48,717 bases of DNA from Acidaminococcaceae bacterium (GCA_963592385.1 CAVAWX010000002.1:1-48717); one strand, 5' to 3'; positions 9,693-19,388 are shown, counted from the first letter of the stretch. Translations and numbers: made by a program. Notes: generated from the letters alone by a model not told the origin.

Positions 9693-11122
9693 TAGAGATC
9701 GACGCGAAAAAGATAGCCGAGGTCGCAGGCGGCGAGCTTCTGGCCGACGACCAGAGCGCGGCCCGCGTGGCCAAGGGGCTGGTGTGGGACACGCGCGAGC
9801 TGGCGGCCGGCAACATCTTCCTCGCCATACCCGGCGCGCGCGTGGACGGCAACGACTTCCTTTCGCAGGCCGCGATGGCAGGCGCCGGCTGCGTGGTGTG
9901 CACGCGGACCCCGAGCGATGCCGCCCGCGCGGTGGCAGGCGAGTTCTCCTGCCCCATCGTGGTCGTGGCAGACGCCGTGGCGGCTTTGGCGGCGCTCGCG
10001 GGCTGGTGGCGCGACCAGATCCGCGCCGTCGTCGTGGGCGTCACGGGCTCGACCGGCAAGACCTCGACCAAGGACTTCATCGCGGCCGTCCTGCGCCGCT
10101 CCTTCAACGTGGTCGCCACGCAGGGCAACCACAACAACGAGCTGGGCGTGCCCCAGACCGTGCTGGCGGCGGCCAAGGACACCGAGGTGCTCGTCGTGGA
10201 GATGGGCATGCGCGGCGCCGGCCAGATCGAGCAGCTGTGCCGCTTCGTGAAGCCCTCCATCGGCGTCGTCACCAACGTCGGCGTGGCGCACATGGAGCTT
10301 CTGGGCTCGCAGGAGGCCATCGCGCGGGCCAAGGCCGAGCTGCTGGCCGCCCTGCCCGCCGACGGGCTTGCGGTGGTGAACGCCGACGACGCGCACACGC
10401 CGCTTCTGCGCGAGGCGGGCGGCGTCGACGCGCGCGGCCTTGCCTGCATGAGCTTCGGCCTGTCCGAGGCGGCCGACCTGCGCGCCGGCGAGGTCGAGAT
10501 GCGCACGGACGCTTGCGCCTCGTTTTACCTCGAGGCAGCCGACGGCAAGCCTGCGCGCCAGGTGCACCTGGCGACCCCCGGGCGCCACAACGTGGAAAAC
10601 GCGCTGGCCGCCGCATGCGTCGCCTCCTACCTCGGGATGTCTGCCGAGAAAATCGCCGCCGGCCTGGCAGACGCGCGTCCGAGCGGCATGCGCATGCAGG
10701 TCGTGCGCGGCCCGCGCGGCGCCACCTTCGTCAACGACGCCTACAACGCCAACCCCGACTCCATGGACGCGGCGCTGAGCGCCCTGCACGACATGGACTG
10801 CGAGGGCAAGCGCGTCGCCGTCCTGGGCGACATGGGCGAGCTGGGCGCCGACGAGCGCGAGCTGCACGCGCAGGTGGGCAGGCGCGTGGCGGAGCTTTCC
10901 ATCGACCGCCTCGTGTGCGTGGGCACCCTTTCGGCCGAGACGGCCGCCGCCGCCGTCGAGGCGGGCATGCCCGCCGGGGCCGTGCAGCATTTCGACGACG
11001 CGCACCGCGCCGCGTCCTGGCTTGCCGAGCACCTGCAGCCCGCAGACATAGTGCTCGTGAAGGCCTCGCGTTTCATGGGGCTGGAAAAGATCGTCGAGGA
11101 GACGGAACAGGCAAATGTTTGA
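9689..11122 (+). CDS. murF: UDP-N-acetylmuramoyl-tripeptide--D-alanyl-D-alanine ligase MurF
   Basis: GTG 9689 overlaps the murE TGA (GTGA). Contains GVTGSTGKTSTK, NNELGVP and DAYNANPDSM. Confidence 0.9.
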   Translation: MIEIDAKKIAEVAGGELLADDQSAARVAKGLVWDTRELAAGNIFLAIPGARVDGNDFLSQAAMAGAGCVVCTRTPSDAARAVAGEFSCPIVVVADAVAALAALAGWWRDQIRAVVVGVTGSTGKTSTKDFIAAVLRRSFNVVATQGNHNNELGVPQTVLAAAKDTEVLVVEMGMRGAGQIEQLCRFVKPSIGVVTNVGVAHMELLGSQEAIARAKAELLAALPADGLAVVNADDAHTPLLREAGGVDARGLACMSFGLSEAADLRAGEVEMRTDACASFYLEAADGKPARQVHLATPGRHNVENALAAACVASYLGMSAEKIAAGLADARPSGMRMQVVRGPRGATFVNDAYNANPDSMDAALSALHDMDCEGKRVAVLGDMGELGADERELHAQVGRRVAELSIDRLVCVGTLSAETAAAAVEAGMPAGAVQHFDDAHRAASWLAEHLQPADIVLVKASRFMGLEKIVEETEQANV

Positions 11123-12143
11123 TTTCTTCAGCGAATATCCCACCTACCAGATCTTCCTGGCGTTCATCATCTCCATGGCGCTCACCATGGTCGTGATGCC
11201 GCTGTGGATACGCCTGCTGAAGGTGCGCCAGATCGGCCAGCAGGTCCGCGCGGACGGGCCGCAGGGCCATCTGGTGAAGCAGGGCACGCCCACGATGGGC
11301 GGCATCGTCATCCTGCTGATGATGACGGCCTCCATCTTCCTCGTCGGCATGCCCAACGCGCGCCTTCTGCTCGTCTTGGGCGCGACGCTGCTCACCGGCC
11401 TGCTCGGCTTCGTGGACGACATCTCGAAGGTGGCAAAGGAGCGCTCGCTGGGGCTGCTCCCGCACCAGAAGATGCTCGCCCTGACGGCCATATCCGTCGC
11501 GTTTTGCCTCATCGCGGTGAACTTCCTCGGCATCGAGCCGACGGTGACGGTGCCCGTGGCCGGCTTCTCGATCGACCTCGGGGTGCTCACGACCGACATC
11601 TCGGGTTTCCGCATCCCGTGGCTCTACGTCGTCTTCGTCTTCCTGCTCATGGCCGGCATGTCCAACGCGGTGAACCTCACCGACGGCATCGACGGCCTGG
11701 CGGGCGGCACCATCACCATCGTGATGATCACGATGTGCGGCGTGGCGTATGCAAGCGACCAGCTCGACGTGGCGGTGTTCGCCATCGCGGCCGCCGGCGC
11801 CTGCGTGGGTTTCCTGTGGTTCAACACCTACCCGGCCGACATCTTCATGGGCGACACCGGCTCGCTTGCCTTGGGCGCGGCGTTCGCGGCGCTGGCCGTC
11901 GTCACGGGCACGGAGCTGTTCAGCATCATCATCGGCATGATCTTCATCGTCGAGGCGATGTCGGTCATCATCCAGGTCCTGCACTTCAAGCGCACGCGCC
12001 GCCGCGTCTTCCTCATGGCGCCGCTGCACCACCACTACGAGCAGAAGGGCCTGTCCGAGACGAAGGTCACGATGCGCTTCTGGATCGTCACGGGGCTGTT
12101 TTCCGCGCTGGGCTTCGCCCTCTACTTCATGTCGCGCGTCTAG
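11115..12143 (+). CDS. mraY: Phospho-N-acetylmuramoyl-pentapeptide transferase MraY
   Basis: 342 aa, polytopic membrane protein. Contains KQGTPTMGG, NAVNLTDGIDGLA and HHHYE. Confidence 0.95.
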   Translation: MFDFFSEYPTYQIFLAFIISMALTMVVMPLWIRLLKVRQIGQQVRADGPQGHLVKQGTPTMGGIVILLMMTASIFLVGMPNARLLLVLGATLLTGLLGFVDDISKVAKERSLGLLPHQKMLALTAISVAFCLIAVNFLGIEPTVTVPVAGFSIDLGVLTTDISGFRIPWLYVVFVFLLMAGMSNAVNLTDGIDGLAGGTITIVMITMCGVAYASDQLDVAVFAIAAAGACVGFLWFNTYPADIFMGDTGSLALGAAFAALAVVTGTELFSIIIGMIFIVEAMSVIIQVLHFKRTRRRVFLMAPLHHHYEQKGLSETKVTMRFWIVTGLFSALGFALYFMSRV

Positions 12144-12160
12144 GGAAAGGGGCGGCGCAC

Positions 12161-13594
12161 ATGAAGAAGGGAGCAGCGCATATGGCGGATGAAGGACGGC
12201 AGCCGGCGAACGCGGAGAAGATCTGCGTGCTGGGGGCAGGCGTCACCGGGCGCGCGGTGGCACTCGATGCCGCACGTGCCGGACACGAGGTCGTGCTCTT
12301 CGCGGGGCAGGACACGGAAGGCAACCGCGCCGCCGCGCCCGAGCTGGAGGCGGCAGGCGTCGATGTGCGCTTCACGGACGCCGTCGAGGGCAGCTTCGAT
12401 GTGTGCGTGCCCAGCCCCGGCATCCCCGCCACGAGCGCCTTCTACGCGGCCGGCGCCGCGCATGCCGCGTGCTGCATCGGCGAGCCGGAGTACGCGTGGC
12501 GCATCTCGCCTTCCGAATGGATCGCGGTGACGGGCACCAACGGCAAGACCACCACCGTCGCCTTGGTCGCCCATATACTCGCGTGCTGCGGACACGAGGC
12601 GCGCCCCTGCGGCAACACCCAGGACACGACGACGCTCGAGGCCGTGCGCACACGACCCGCCGGCGCTACCATCGTCGCCGAGCTCTCGTCGTTTCAGCTC
12701 GCCTCGACAGCCCGCTTCGCGCCCGACGTGGCAGTGCTGTTGAACATCACGTCCGACCACCTCTCCTGGCACGGCTCGCAGGAGGCCTACCGCCGCGACA
12801 AGCTGAAGCTGCTCGCCAACCTGGGCGCGGGCAGTTCCGCGGTGCTCGGCGCCGGCGTGTGCACGGGCTCGGAGATAGCCGAGCTGCGCGGCCGCGGCGT
12901 GCGCGTCGTCGTGGTGGGAGGCGACGACGAGGCGGGCAGCGCGTGCCTCGGCGACGACGGCGTCTTGCGCGTGAAGCTTTCGGGGGATGGCGAAGTGGCG
13001 CTGTGCCGGGCCGACGAGCTGCAGATACGGGGCGCGCACAACATCGAAAACGCGCTTGCCGCCGCGACGGCCGCCCTCGAGGCGGGGTGCGCGGCCGCAG
13101 ACGTCGCGGATGCCCTGACATCGTTTTCCGCCCTCGCGCACCGCATCGAGTGTGCCGGCGAGGTGGGCGGCGTCTCGTTCTACGACGACTCGAAGGCCAC
13201 GAACGTGGACGCGACGGTGAAGGCGCTTGCGGCCTTCGCCCCCGGGCACGTCGTCTTGCTCGCGGGCGGCCGCGACAAGCACAGCCCGTTGTCCGAGCTG
13301 GTCGCCGCCGCGAAAAGCGCGTGCGCCTGCGTGGTCTGCTACGGCGAGGCAGAAAAGCGCTTCGCCGAGGCCTTCGACGCGGCCCATGTCCCGACCGCCC
13401 GCGCACCGCGCATGCGCGAGGCCTTCGCGTGCGCGCTCGAGCAGGCGCGTCCGGGCGATACCGTCTTGCTCTCGCCGGCCTGCGCGTCCTTCGACGAGTT
13501 CTCCGGCTTCTCCGAGCGCGGCGACGCTTTCAAGCAGCTCGTCGCCTCGCACGCGGCCGGCGCGGCCGACGCGGCCGACGCGGAAGGCAAGTAG
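12161..13594 (+). CDS. murD: UDP-N-acetylmuramoylalanine--D-glutamate ligase MurD
   Basis: Rossmann-like N-terminus (ICVLGAGVTGRA) and P-loop VTGTNGKTTT. The alternative in-frame ATG at 12182 also has its own SD. Confidence 0.9.
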   Translation: MKKGAAHMADEGRQPANAEKICVLGAGVTGRAVALDAARAGHEVVLFAGQDTEGNRAAAPELEAAGVDVRFTDAVEGSFDVCVPSPGIPATSAFYAAGAAHAACCIGEPEYAWRISPSEWIAVTGTNGKTTTVALVAHILACCGHEARPCGNTQDTTTLEAVRTRPAGATIVAELSSFQLASTARFAPDVAVLLNITSDHLSWHGSQEAYRRDKLKLLANLGAGSSAVLGAGVCTGSEIAELRGRGVRVVVVGGDDEAGSACLGDDGVLRVKLSGDGEVALCRADELQIRGAHNIENALAAATAALEAGCAAADVADALTSFSALAHRIECAGEVGGVSFYDDSKATNVDATVKALAAFAPGHVVLLAGGRDKHSPLSELVAAAKSACACVVCYGEAEKRFAEAFDAAHVPTARAPRMREAFACALEQARPGDTVLLSPACASFDEFSGFSERGDAFKQLVASHAAGAADAADAEGK

Positions 13595-13609
13595 GGGAGA
13601 GCGGCTCCC

Positions 13610-15385
13610 ATGGCCTCGTCGTCATCGTCATCTTCACCGTCGTCTTCGTCTGCCTCCGGGCGCTCGCGCCGCTCGGCTGCACGCGAGGGCGTCGCGCGCC
13701 TCATGCGCACCCCGGCGAAGATCATGGTGCCGCGCCTGCTCTTCATCGTCGCGGTGGTGCTTTTGTGCATCATCGGGCTGGTCGTGGTCTACTCGGCCTC
13801 CTCGGTGCAGGCCTACAGCGACAACGGCGACCCGGCCTACTACGTGCGCCGCCAGGCGATCTTCCTCCTCATCGGCATCGCGTTTTGCGTCCTCTTCGCC
13901 CGCGTGCCCTACACCTTCTGGTCGAATCCGGCCCTCTTCATCAGCTTGTGGGTGCTCACGACGCTGTTGCTCGTGGCCACGCAGATCGGCTTCGGCACCC
14001 AGGTCCTCGGCGCCGAGCGTTCCATCGTCATCGGCGGCATGGCGCTCCAGCCCGCCGAGATCGCGAAGATCACCACGGTGTATGCCGTGTGCTGCCTCGT
14101 GATCATGTACCGCGAGGGCCGCCTCGAGTTCAAGCACTTCATGGTCGCGCTCATCGTGGCCATCGCCGTCCCCGTCCTGCTCATATTCCGCCAGCCCGAC
14201 CTGGGCACCGTCATCATCTTGTTCATCGGCCTGATCGCCGCGGCGGTGCTCGCGGGGCTTTCGTGGAAGGTCGTGGCCATCGGCTTTGCGGCCATCGCCT
14301 TCTACGCCGCCCTCGTCTGCATCGTGCAGCCCTACCACCTCGACCGCCTGAAGACGCTCTTCGACCCGTGGAGCGACCCCGACGACACGGGCTACCAGAC
14401 CATCCAGTCGCTGTACGCCCTCGCGCTCGGCGGCACGAACGGCGCGGGCCTGGGCCTGTCCCAGGAGAAGTACCTCTACCTGCCCTACGCCCACACCGAC
14501 TTCATCTTCGCCGTCATAGGCGAGGAGTTCGGGCTGGTGGGCACCGTCTTCATCGTCCTTCTCTTCGCCTTGTTCACCTACGCGGGCATACGCATATGCC
14601 GCAACGCCCCCGACATGCTGGGCTGCACGATCGCCGGGTCGTTCACGGTGATGATCGCCTTCCAGGCCTGCGTGAACATGGGCTGCGTCATCGGGCTTCT
14701 GCCCGTCACGGGCAAGGCCCTGCCGTTTTTGAGCTACGGCGGCTCGTCGCTCGTGGCGACGCTCAGCATGGTGGGGCTCGTGCTGTCCGTGTCGTTTGCG
14801 AGCCGTGTGAACACGCAAAGCGAGAAGCGGCGGGCGGCGCTGCACGTGGTGGGCTCCGAGGCGCCCGGCGCGGGTGCGGGCGAGGGCGCGCGCAGCGGCC
14901 GGGCAGGTGCGCCGGGCCGGGTAGGTGCGCCGGGCCGCTCGGGCGCGCAGAGCCGCTCGGGCAGCGCCTCGCATGGTGAAGGGGGGCGCCGGGCGAAAGA
15001 GGGACGGCGCGGACGCGATGCGCGAAGCGGTGAAAAGGCGCAGCGCGGACGCGGCGCGCAGGATGGCGAAAGCGCGCGGCGCGCACGCGGGACGCGCAAT
15101 GATGAAAGCCCGCAGCGTGGGCATGGGACGAGGGCGCAAGGCGCTGCCAGCTCGCGCTTTGGCACTGCACGTTCCAGCAGCTCGCGCTCCGCCGGTTCAC
15201 GCTCCGGCCGCACACGTCCCGATGGCGCGCGTTCCGACCGTCCGCGCTCGAACGCCTCACGCTCGAACAACTCGCGCACGGACTCCGCGCGCCACGACAG
15301 CACGCGCCACGACAACGCCCGCGGGACCGGCGCACGCGCAGACGACCTGCGCCCCGCACGCGGCTACTCTCGAAAGGGGAGGTAA
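13610..15385 (+). CDS. ftsW: FtsW (SEDS family) with a ~195-aa Arg/Ser/Gly-rich C-terminal tail
   Basis: SEDS core with multiple TM segments (HTDFIFAVIGEEFG, LPVTGKALPFLSYGGSS). AGGGGAGAG SD lies 8 nt upstream of the ATG. The tail runs from about 14801. Confidence 0.9.
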   Translation: MASSSSSSSPSSSSASGRSRRSAAREGVARLMRTPAKIMVPRLLFIVAVVLLCIIGLVVVYSASSVQAYSDNGDPAYYVRRQAIFLLIGIAFCVLFARVPYTFWSNPALFISLWVLTTLLLVATQIGFGTQVLGAERSIVIGGMALQPAEIAKITTVYAVCCLVIMYREGRLEFKHFMVALIVAIAVPVLLIFRQPDLGTVIILFIGLIAAAVLAGLSWKVVAIGFAAIAFYAALVCIVQPYHLDRLKTLFDPWSDPDDTGYQTIQSLYALALGGTNGAGLGLSQEKYLYLPYAHTDFIFAVIGEEFGLVGTVFIVLLFALFTYAGIRICRNAPDMLGCTIAGSFTVMIAFQACVNMGCVIGLLPVTGKALPFLSYGGSSLVATLSMVGLVLSVSFASRVNTQSEKRRAALHVVGSEAPGAGAGEGARSGRAGAPGRVGAPGRSGAQSRSGSASHGEGGRRAKEGRRGRDARSGEKAQRGRGAQDGESARRARGTRNDESPQRGHGTRAQGAASSRFGTARSSSSRSAGSRSGRTRPDGARSDRPRSNASRSNNSRTDSARHDSTRHDNARGTGARADDLRPARGYSRKGR

Positions 15386-15388
15386 AGC

Positions 15389-16549
15389 ATGTACTTCGTC
15401 GTTTCCGCCGGCGGCACCGCCGGCCACATCAACCCGGCCCTCGCCGTCGCCGACGAGCTGCGCGGACGTGGGCACGAGGTCGCCTTCGTGGGCACGGACG
15501 ACCGCATGGAGGCGCGTCTGGTCGCTTTCGTGGGCACGGACGACCGCATGGAGGCGCGTCTGGTCCCCGAGGCGGGCTTCGAGTTCACCGGGCTTTCCGT
15601 CGCCGGCTTCGACAAAGCCAGGCCCTGGACGCTTGTCAGCTCGGCGGGCAAGCTGCTGGCCGCCACGAAAAAGGTCGAGGGCATGTTTCGCGCCCGCCGC
15701 CCGGACGCCGTGCTGGGGTTCGGCGCCTACGTGTCCATACCCGTCGGCCGCGCCGCGCACGCCCTGCACATCCCGCTCGTCATCCACGAGCAAAACTCCG
15801 TGCCCGGCATGGCAAACGACTACCTCGCCCGCCGCGCCGACCTCACCGCGCTCACCTACGAGGCCTCGCGGGAGTTTCTGAAGCCGGGCGGCGCATGCAT
15901 CGTCTGCGGCAACCCCGTGCGCAAAAGCGTCGAGCAAAGCGATGCGGCGGCCGGACGTGCCGCGCTCGGGATAGACGCCGACGCGACCGTCCTGCTCGTC
16001 ACGGGCGGCAGCCTCGGGGCGCATCGCCTGAACGCGGCGGTGTGCGCCCTGAAGGAGCAGCTGCTCGCCATCGACGGCCTCGTCGTCGTGCACTCGACGG
16101 GCGCGCAGGACTTCGAGTTCGTGAAAGGGCAGCTCGCCCTCGCCCCGCACGAAGAGGCCCGCTGGAAGGTCTTTCCCTACATCGAGCGCATGGGGGAGTG
16201 CATGGCCGCCTCCGATTTCGCCGTCTCGCGCGCGGGCGCTTCCTCGCTGGCAGAGCTCGCGACCCTGCACCTGCCCGCCGTGCTCGTGCCCTACCCCCAC
16301 GCCCGCGGCGACCACCAGACCCTCAACGCGCGCGCCTACGTCGACTCCGGCGCGGCGGTGCTCGTGGCGGACGCGGATGTAGAAGGTGTGCAGTTCTCCT
16401 CGGCGGTGCTCGAGCTTGCCGGCGACGCGCGGCGGCGTGCTACCATGCGCAAAGCCTGCGAGGGGCTTTCGGGCGCAGACGCGCGAAAGACGATCGCCGA
16501 TGCGGCGGTCCGGCTCGCACGACACGACGGATGCGAAGGGGCATCGTGA
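15389..16549 (+). CDS. murG: Undecaprenyldiphospho-muramoylpentapeptide beta-N-acetylglucosaminyltransferase MurG, carrying a 14-aa internal tandem duplication
   Basis: G-loop GGTAGHINPALA. C-terminal domain motifs (VTGGSLGA, SRAGASSLAEL). Confidence 0.92.
   Translation: MYFVVSAGGTAGHINPALAVADELRGRGHEVAFVGTDDRMEARLVAFVGTDDRMEARLVPEAGFEFTGLSVAGFDKARPWTLVSSAGKLLAATKKVEGMFRARRPDAVLGFGAYVSIPVGRAAHALHIPLVIHEQNSVPGMANDYLARRADLTALTYEASREFLKPGGACIVCGNPVRKSVEQSDAAAGRAALGIDADATVLLVTGGSLGAHRLNAAVCALKEQLLAIDGLVVVHSTGAQDFEFVKGQLALAPHEEARWKVFPYIERMGECMAASDFAVSRAGASSLAELATLHLPAVLVPYPHARGDHQTLNARAYVDSGAAVLVADADVEGVQFSSAVLELAGDARRRATMRKACEGLSGADARKTIADAAVRLARHDGCEGAS
15479..15562 (+). repeat. 42-bp in-frame tandem duplication (2 copies, 1 synonymous mismatch)
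   Basis: 15479-15520 and 15521-15562 both encode VAFVGTDDRMEARL. They differ only at 15484 C versus 15526 T. Confidence 0.95.
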
Positions 16550-17928
16550 AGAAACTGCATTTCATAGGCATAGGCGGCGTCGGCATGTCCGGCATCGCGC
16601 TCGTGGCCGCCCAGCGCGGCTACCGCGTTTCGGGCTCGGACATGAAGGAGTCGCGCAGCACCAAGGGCCTGACGGCCGCCGGCGTCGAGGTCTTCATCGG
16701 GCACGACGCGGCAAACCTCGCCGACGACGTCGACATCGTCGTCGTGTCCTCGGCCATCCCCGAGAAAAACCCCGAGCTGGCACGCGCCCGCGAGGCCGGC
16801 TTCGAGATATGGCACCGCTCGCAGATGCTCGCCGAGCTGGGGCGGGGCAAGAAGACCCTTGCCTGCGCGGGCACCCACGGCAAGACCACCTCCTCGTCGA
16901 TGCTGGCCACCACCATCGACCGCATGGGGCTGGACCCGAGCTTTCTCATAGGCGGCACCATCGACGGCTACGGCACGAACGCGAAAAGCGGCGCCGGCGA
17001 CTACTACATAGTGGAGGCCGACGAGTCCGACGGCTCCTTCGTGCATCTTTTCCCGCACGTGGCGCTCGTCACCAACATCGAACCGGACCACCTCGACCAC
17101 TACGGCACGCTCGATGCCATCTACGAGGCCTTCGGCGATTTCCTGGGCCTGCTTCCCGAAGACGGCGCGGCCGTGGTCTGCGCCGAGGACGCGCGCCTCG
17201 TCGATCTTGCCCGCAGCGTCGCGCCCCGCGCCATCGCCTACGGGCCTGCCGGCTGCCCGGCAGCCGACGCCACCTACACCGTCACGGGGCGTGCCGGCAT
17301 AGGCCACAGCTTCACCGTCTCCTTTCCCGACGGCAGTCAGGTCGATGCCGCTGTCACGCGCAACCCCGGCGTCCACAACGTCTCGAACGCGACGGGCGTC
17401 CTGTGCGTCGTCTGGGCGCTCGGCCTCGACGTGGAGGCCGCCGCGCGCGCCCTCGAGACCTTCTCCGGCGTGCGCCGCCGCTTCGATCTGGTGGGCGAGG
17501 AAGGCGGCGTCACCATCGTCGACGACTACGCGCACCACCCCACCGAGATAAAAGCGACGCTTGCCGCCGCCCGCGAGCTGGACTTCTCCCATGTGCACGT
17601 GCTGTTCCAGCCGCATCGCTACACGCGCACCGTCTCGCTCGCGCCGCTGTTCGGCGAGGCCTTCGGGGACGCCGACAGCGTCACCATCATGGACGTGTAC
17701 CCGGCAGGCGAGGCGCCGGTGCCCGGGGTGAACGGCAAGACCGTCGTCGACGCGATGCTTGCCGCCGACCCGCGCCAGCAGGTGGCCTGGATGCCGCACC
17801 GCCGCGAGGTCGTGCCCTACCTGTGCGAGAAGCTTTCCGACGGCGACCTCGTCATCACCATGGGCGCCGGCGATGTCACCTCCATGGGGCCGGACCTGCT
17901 CGCCGCGTTGTCCGGGGGGCGCCGCTAG
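16546..17928 (+). CDS. murC: UDP-N-acetylmuramate--L-alanine ligase MurC
   Basis: GTG 16546 overlaps the murG TGA. Contains HFIGIGGVGMSGIA, GTHGKTTSSSM and DDYAHHPTE. Confidence 0.93.
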   Translation: MKKLHFIGIGGVGMSGIALVAAQRGYRVSGSDMKESRSTKGLTAAGVEVFIGHDAANLADDVDIVVVSSAIPEKNPELARAREAGFEIWHRSQMLAELGRGKKTLACAGTHGKTTSSSMLATTIDRMGLDPSFLIGGTIDGYGTNAKSGAGDYYIVEADESDGSFVHLFPHVALVTNIEPDHLDHYGTLDAIYEAFGDFLGLLPEDGAAVVCAEDARLVDLARSVAPRAIAYGPAGCPAADATYTVTGRAGIGHSFTVSFPDGSQVDAAVTRNPGVHNVSNATGVLCVVWALGLDVEAAARALETFSGVRRRFDLVGEEGGVTIVDDYAHHPTEIKATLAAARELDFSHVHVLFQPHRYTRTVSLAPLFGEAFGDADSVTIMDVYPAGEAPVPGVNGKTVVDAMLAADPRQQVAWMPHRREVVPYLCEKLSDGDLVITMGAGDVTSMGPDLLAALSGGRR

Positions 17929-17937
17929 GGCCGCCGC

Positions 17938-19332
17938 GTGCGCGGCGCGGCGACGAGGCACATGGCGTCCCGAAAGTCCAAAACGAGCGCATCGCGCAAG
18001 GCGTCTGCCGCAGGGCGGGCGCGTGGCGCGGCGCCCGACAGGGCCTCGCGCAAGGCGGCCGGCAAGGCCTCGCGGGGGGCATCCTCTGCGAAGAAGGCGA
18101 CCCGCAAGAGCGTGAACGCGGCGCCTGCCTCCGGGCGCTCGAACCGCTCGGCGCGCAAGGCGCAGGCGCAGGCGGCAGCCGGCCAGCGCGCCCGCACGCG
18201 CGATTTCTCCCGCAAGGACGCATCCGGCGCCGCGCCCGTTTCCGAGGCGCAGCGCGTGCGCAACCGCGCGGCCAAGAAGAAAGGCGACGCTGCAGCGGGC
18301 TCCTCCCGCAGCTCGGCCGGTTCCTCTCGCAGCGCAGCCTCCGCCTCCCGTAGTTCAGCAGCCTCTTCCCGCAGCACGTCCGCCTCTTCCCGCGCCGCGG
18401 CAAACGCCGCCGAGGACAGGGTGCGCCGCCCCAAGACCAAGGCGCAGCTGCGCGCCGAGGAACGCGAACGCCGCACGAAGAGCGCCTACAAGGGGTATGT
18501 CCTGCGCATACTCATCATCATCTTCTGCGTGCTCGCCCTCATATTCGGCGCGATCTTCGTCTACCGCTCGGACCTCTTCCACGTGGAAAACGTCACGGTC
18601 TCCGGCGTCTCGCACCTCACCGACCACGAGATCACGCGCGTCGCCGCCGTGCCCGACGACTCGACGCTTCTGCGCCTCGACGAAGACGGCATCAAGCAGC
18701 GCCTCTCGCAAAACGCCTGGGTGCAAAGCGTCGAGGTGAAGCGCGTCTTCCCCAACACCGTCGAGCTGCACATCGTGGAGCGCGAGCCGGCCGCCGCGGT
18801 GCGCGTGAACGAGAAGAGCACCTGGGTGGTGGCAGACGACGGCGCGTGGCTTTCCGCGGCCACGAACGCCGACTGGGAGAACAACACGCGCATCGTCGAC
18901 GTGAACGCCTCCATATCCGCCCCCGTCTCCGGCGTCGCCTGCGACGACGAGGGCATCATGAACGCCCTGAAGGTGGTCGAGGCGCTGGGCGAGCGTACGA
19001 AAGGCGAGCTCGACAGCATCTCGGCGCCCTCTGCGGCCAAGACCTCGCTGAACCTGAAAAACGGCGTGAGCGTGGCCTTCGGGGACGCGAGCGAGGTCGC
19101 CGCCAAGGAAGCGGCCATCTGGGGCGTGCTCGACAAACTCGCAGGCCAGGTCTCCTACATCAACGTGCGCGTGCCGTCGCGGCCCACCTACCGCGCGCTG
19201 GGCGCCGACGACGTGCAGGCAAACGGGCAGCAGGCCGAGCAGCAGCAAACCGAGCAGCAAAGCCAGGAGCAGCAGGAACAGCAGGCGCAGGCGCAGGCGC
19301 AAAGCCAGGAGCAAACGCAGGAACAGCAGTAG
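17938..19332 (+). CDS. ftsQ: FtsQ/DivIB-type division protein with a long basic N-terminal region and a Gln/Glu-rich C-terminus
   Basis: TM helix (LRILIIIFCVLALIFGAIFVY) followed by a POTRA-like segment (VENVTVSGVSHLTDHEI...VKRVFPNTVELHIVEREP). The start is uncertain (GTG 17938 or ATG 17962). Confidence 0.8.
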   Translation: MRGAATRHMASRKSKTSASRKASAAGRARGAAPDRASRKAAGKASRGASSAKKATRKSVNAAPASGRSNRSARKAQAQAAAGQRARTRDFSRKDASGAAPVSEAQRVRNRAAKKKGDAAAGSSRSSAGSSRSAASASRSSAASSRSTSASSRAAANAAEDRVRRPKTKAQLRAEERERRTKSAYKGYVLRILIIIFCVLALIFGAIFVYRSDLFHVENVTVSGVSHLTDHEITRVAAVPDDSTLLRLDEDGIKQRLSQNAWVQSVEVKRVFPNTVELHIVEREPAAAVRVNEKSTWVVADDGAWLSAATNADWENNTRIVDVNASISAPVSGVACDDEGIMNALKVVEALGERTKGELDSISAPSAAKTSLNLKNGVSVAFGDASEVAAKEAAIWGVLDKLAGQVSYINVRVPSRPTYRALGADDVQANGQQAEQQQTEQQSQEQQEQQAQAQAQSQEQTQEQQ

Positions 19333-19388
19333 GAGCCGCAGTCGCACACCCGCTTCACCACCCGAAAACAGCCCTCCCGCAGGATTAT

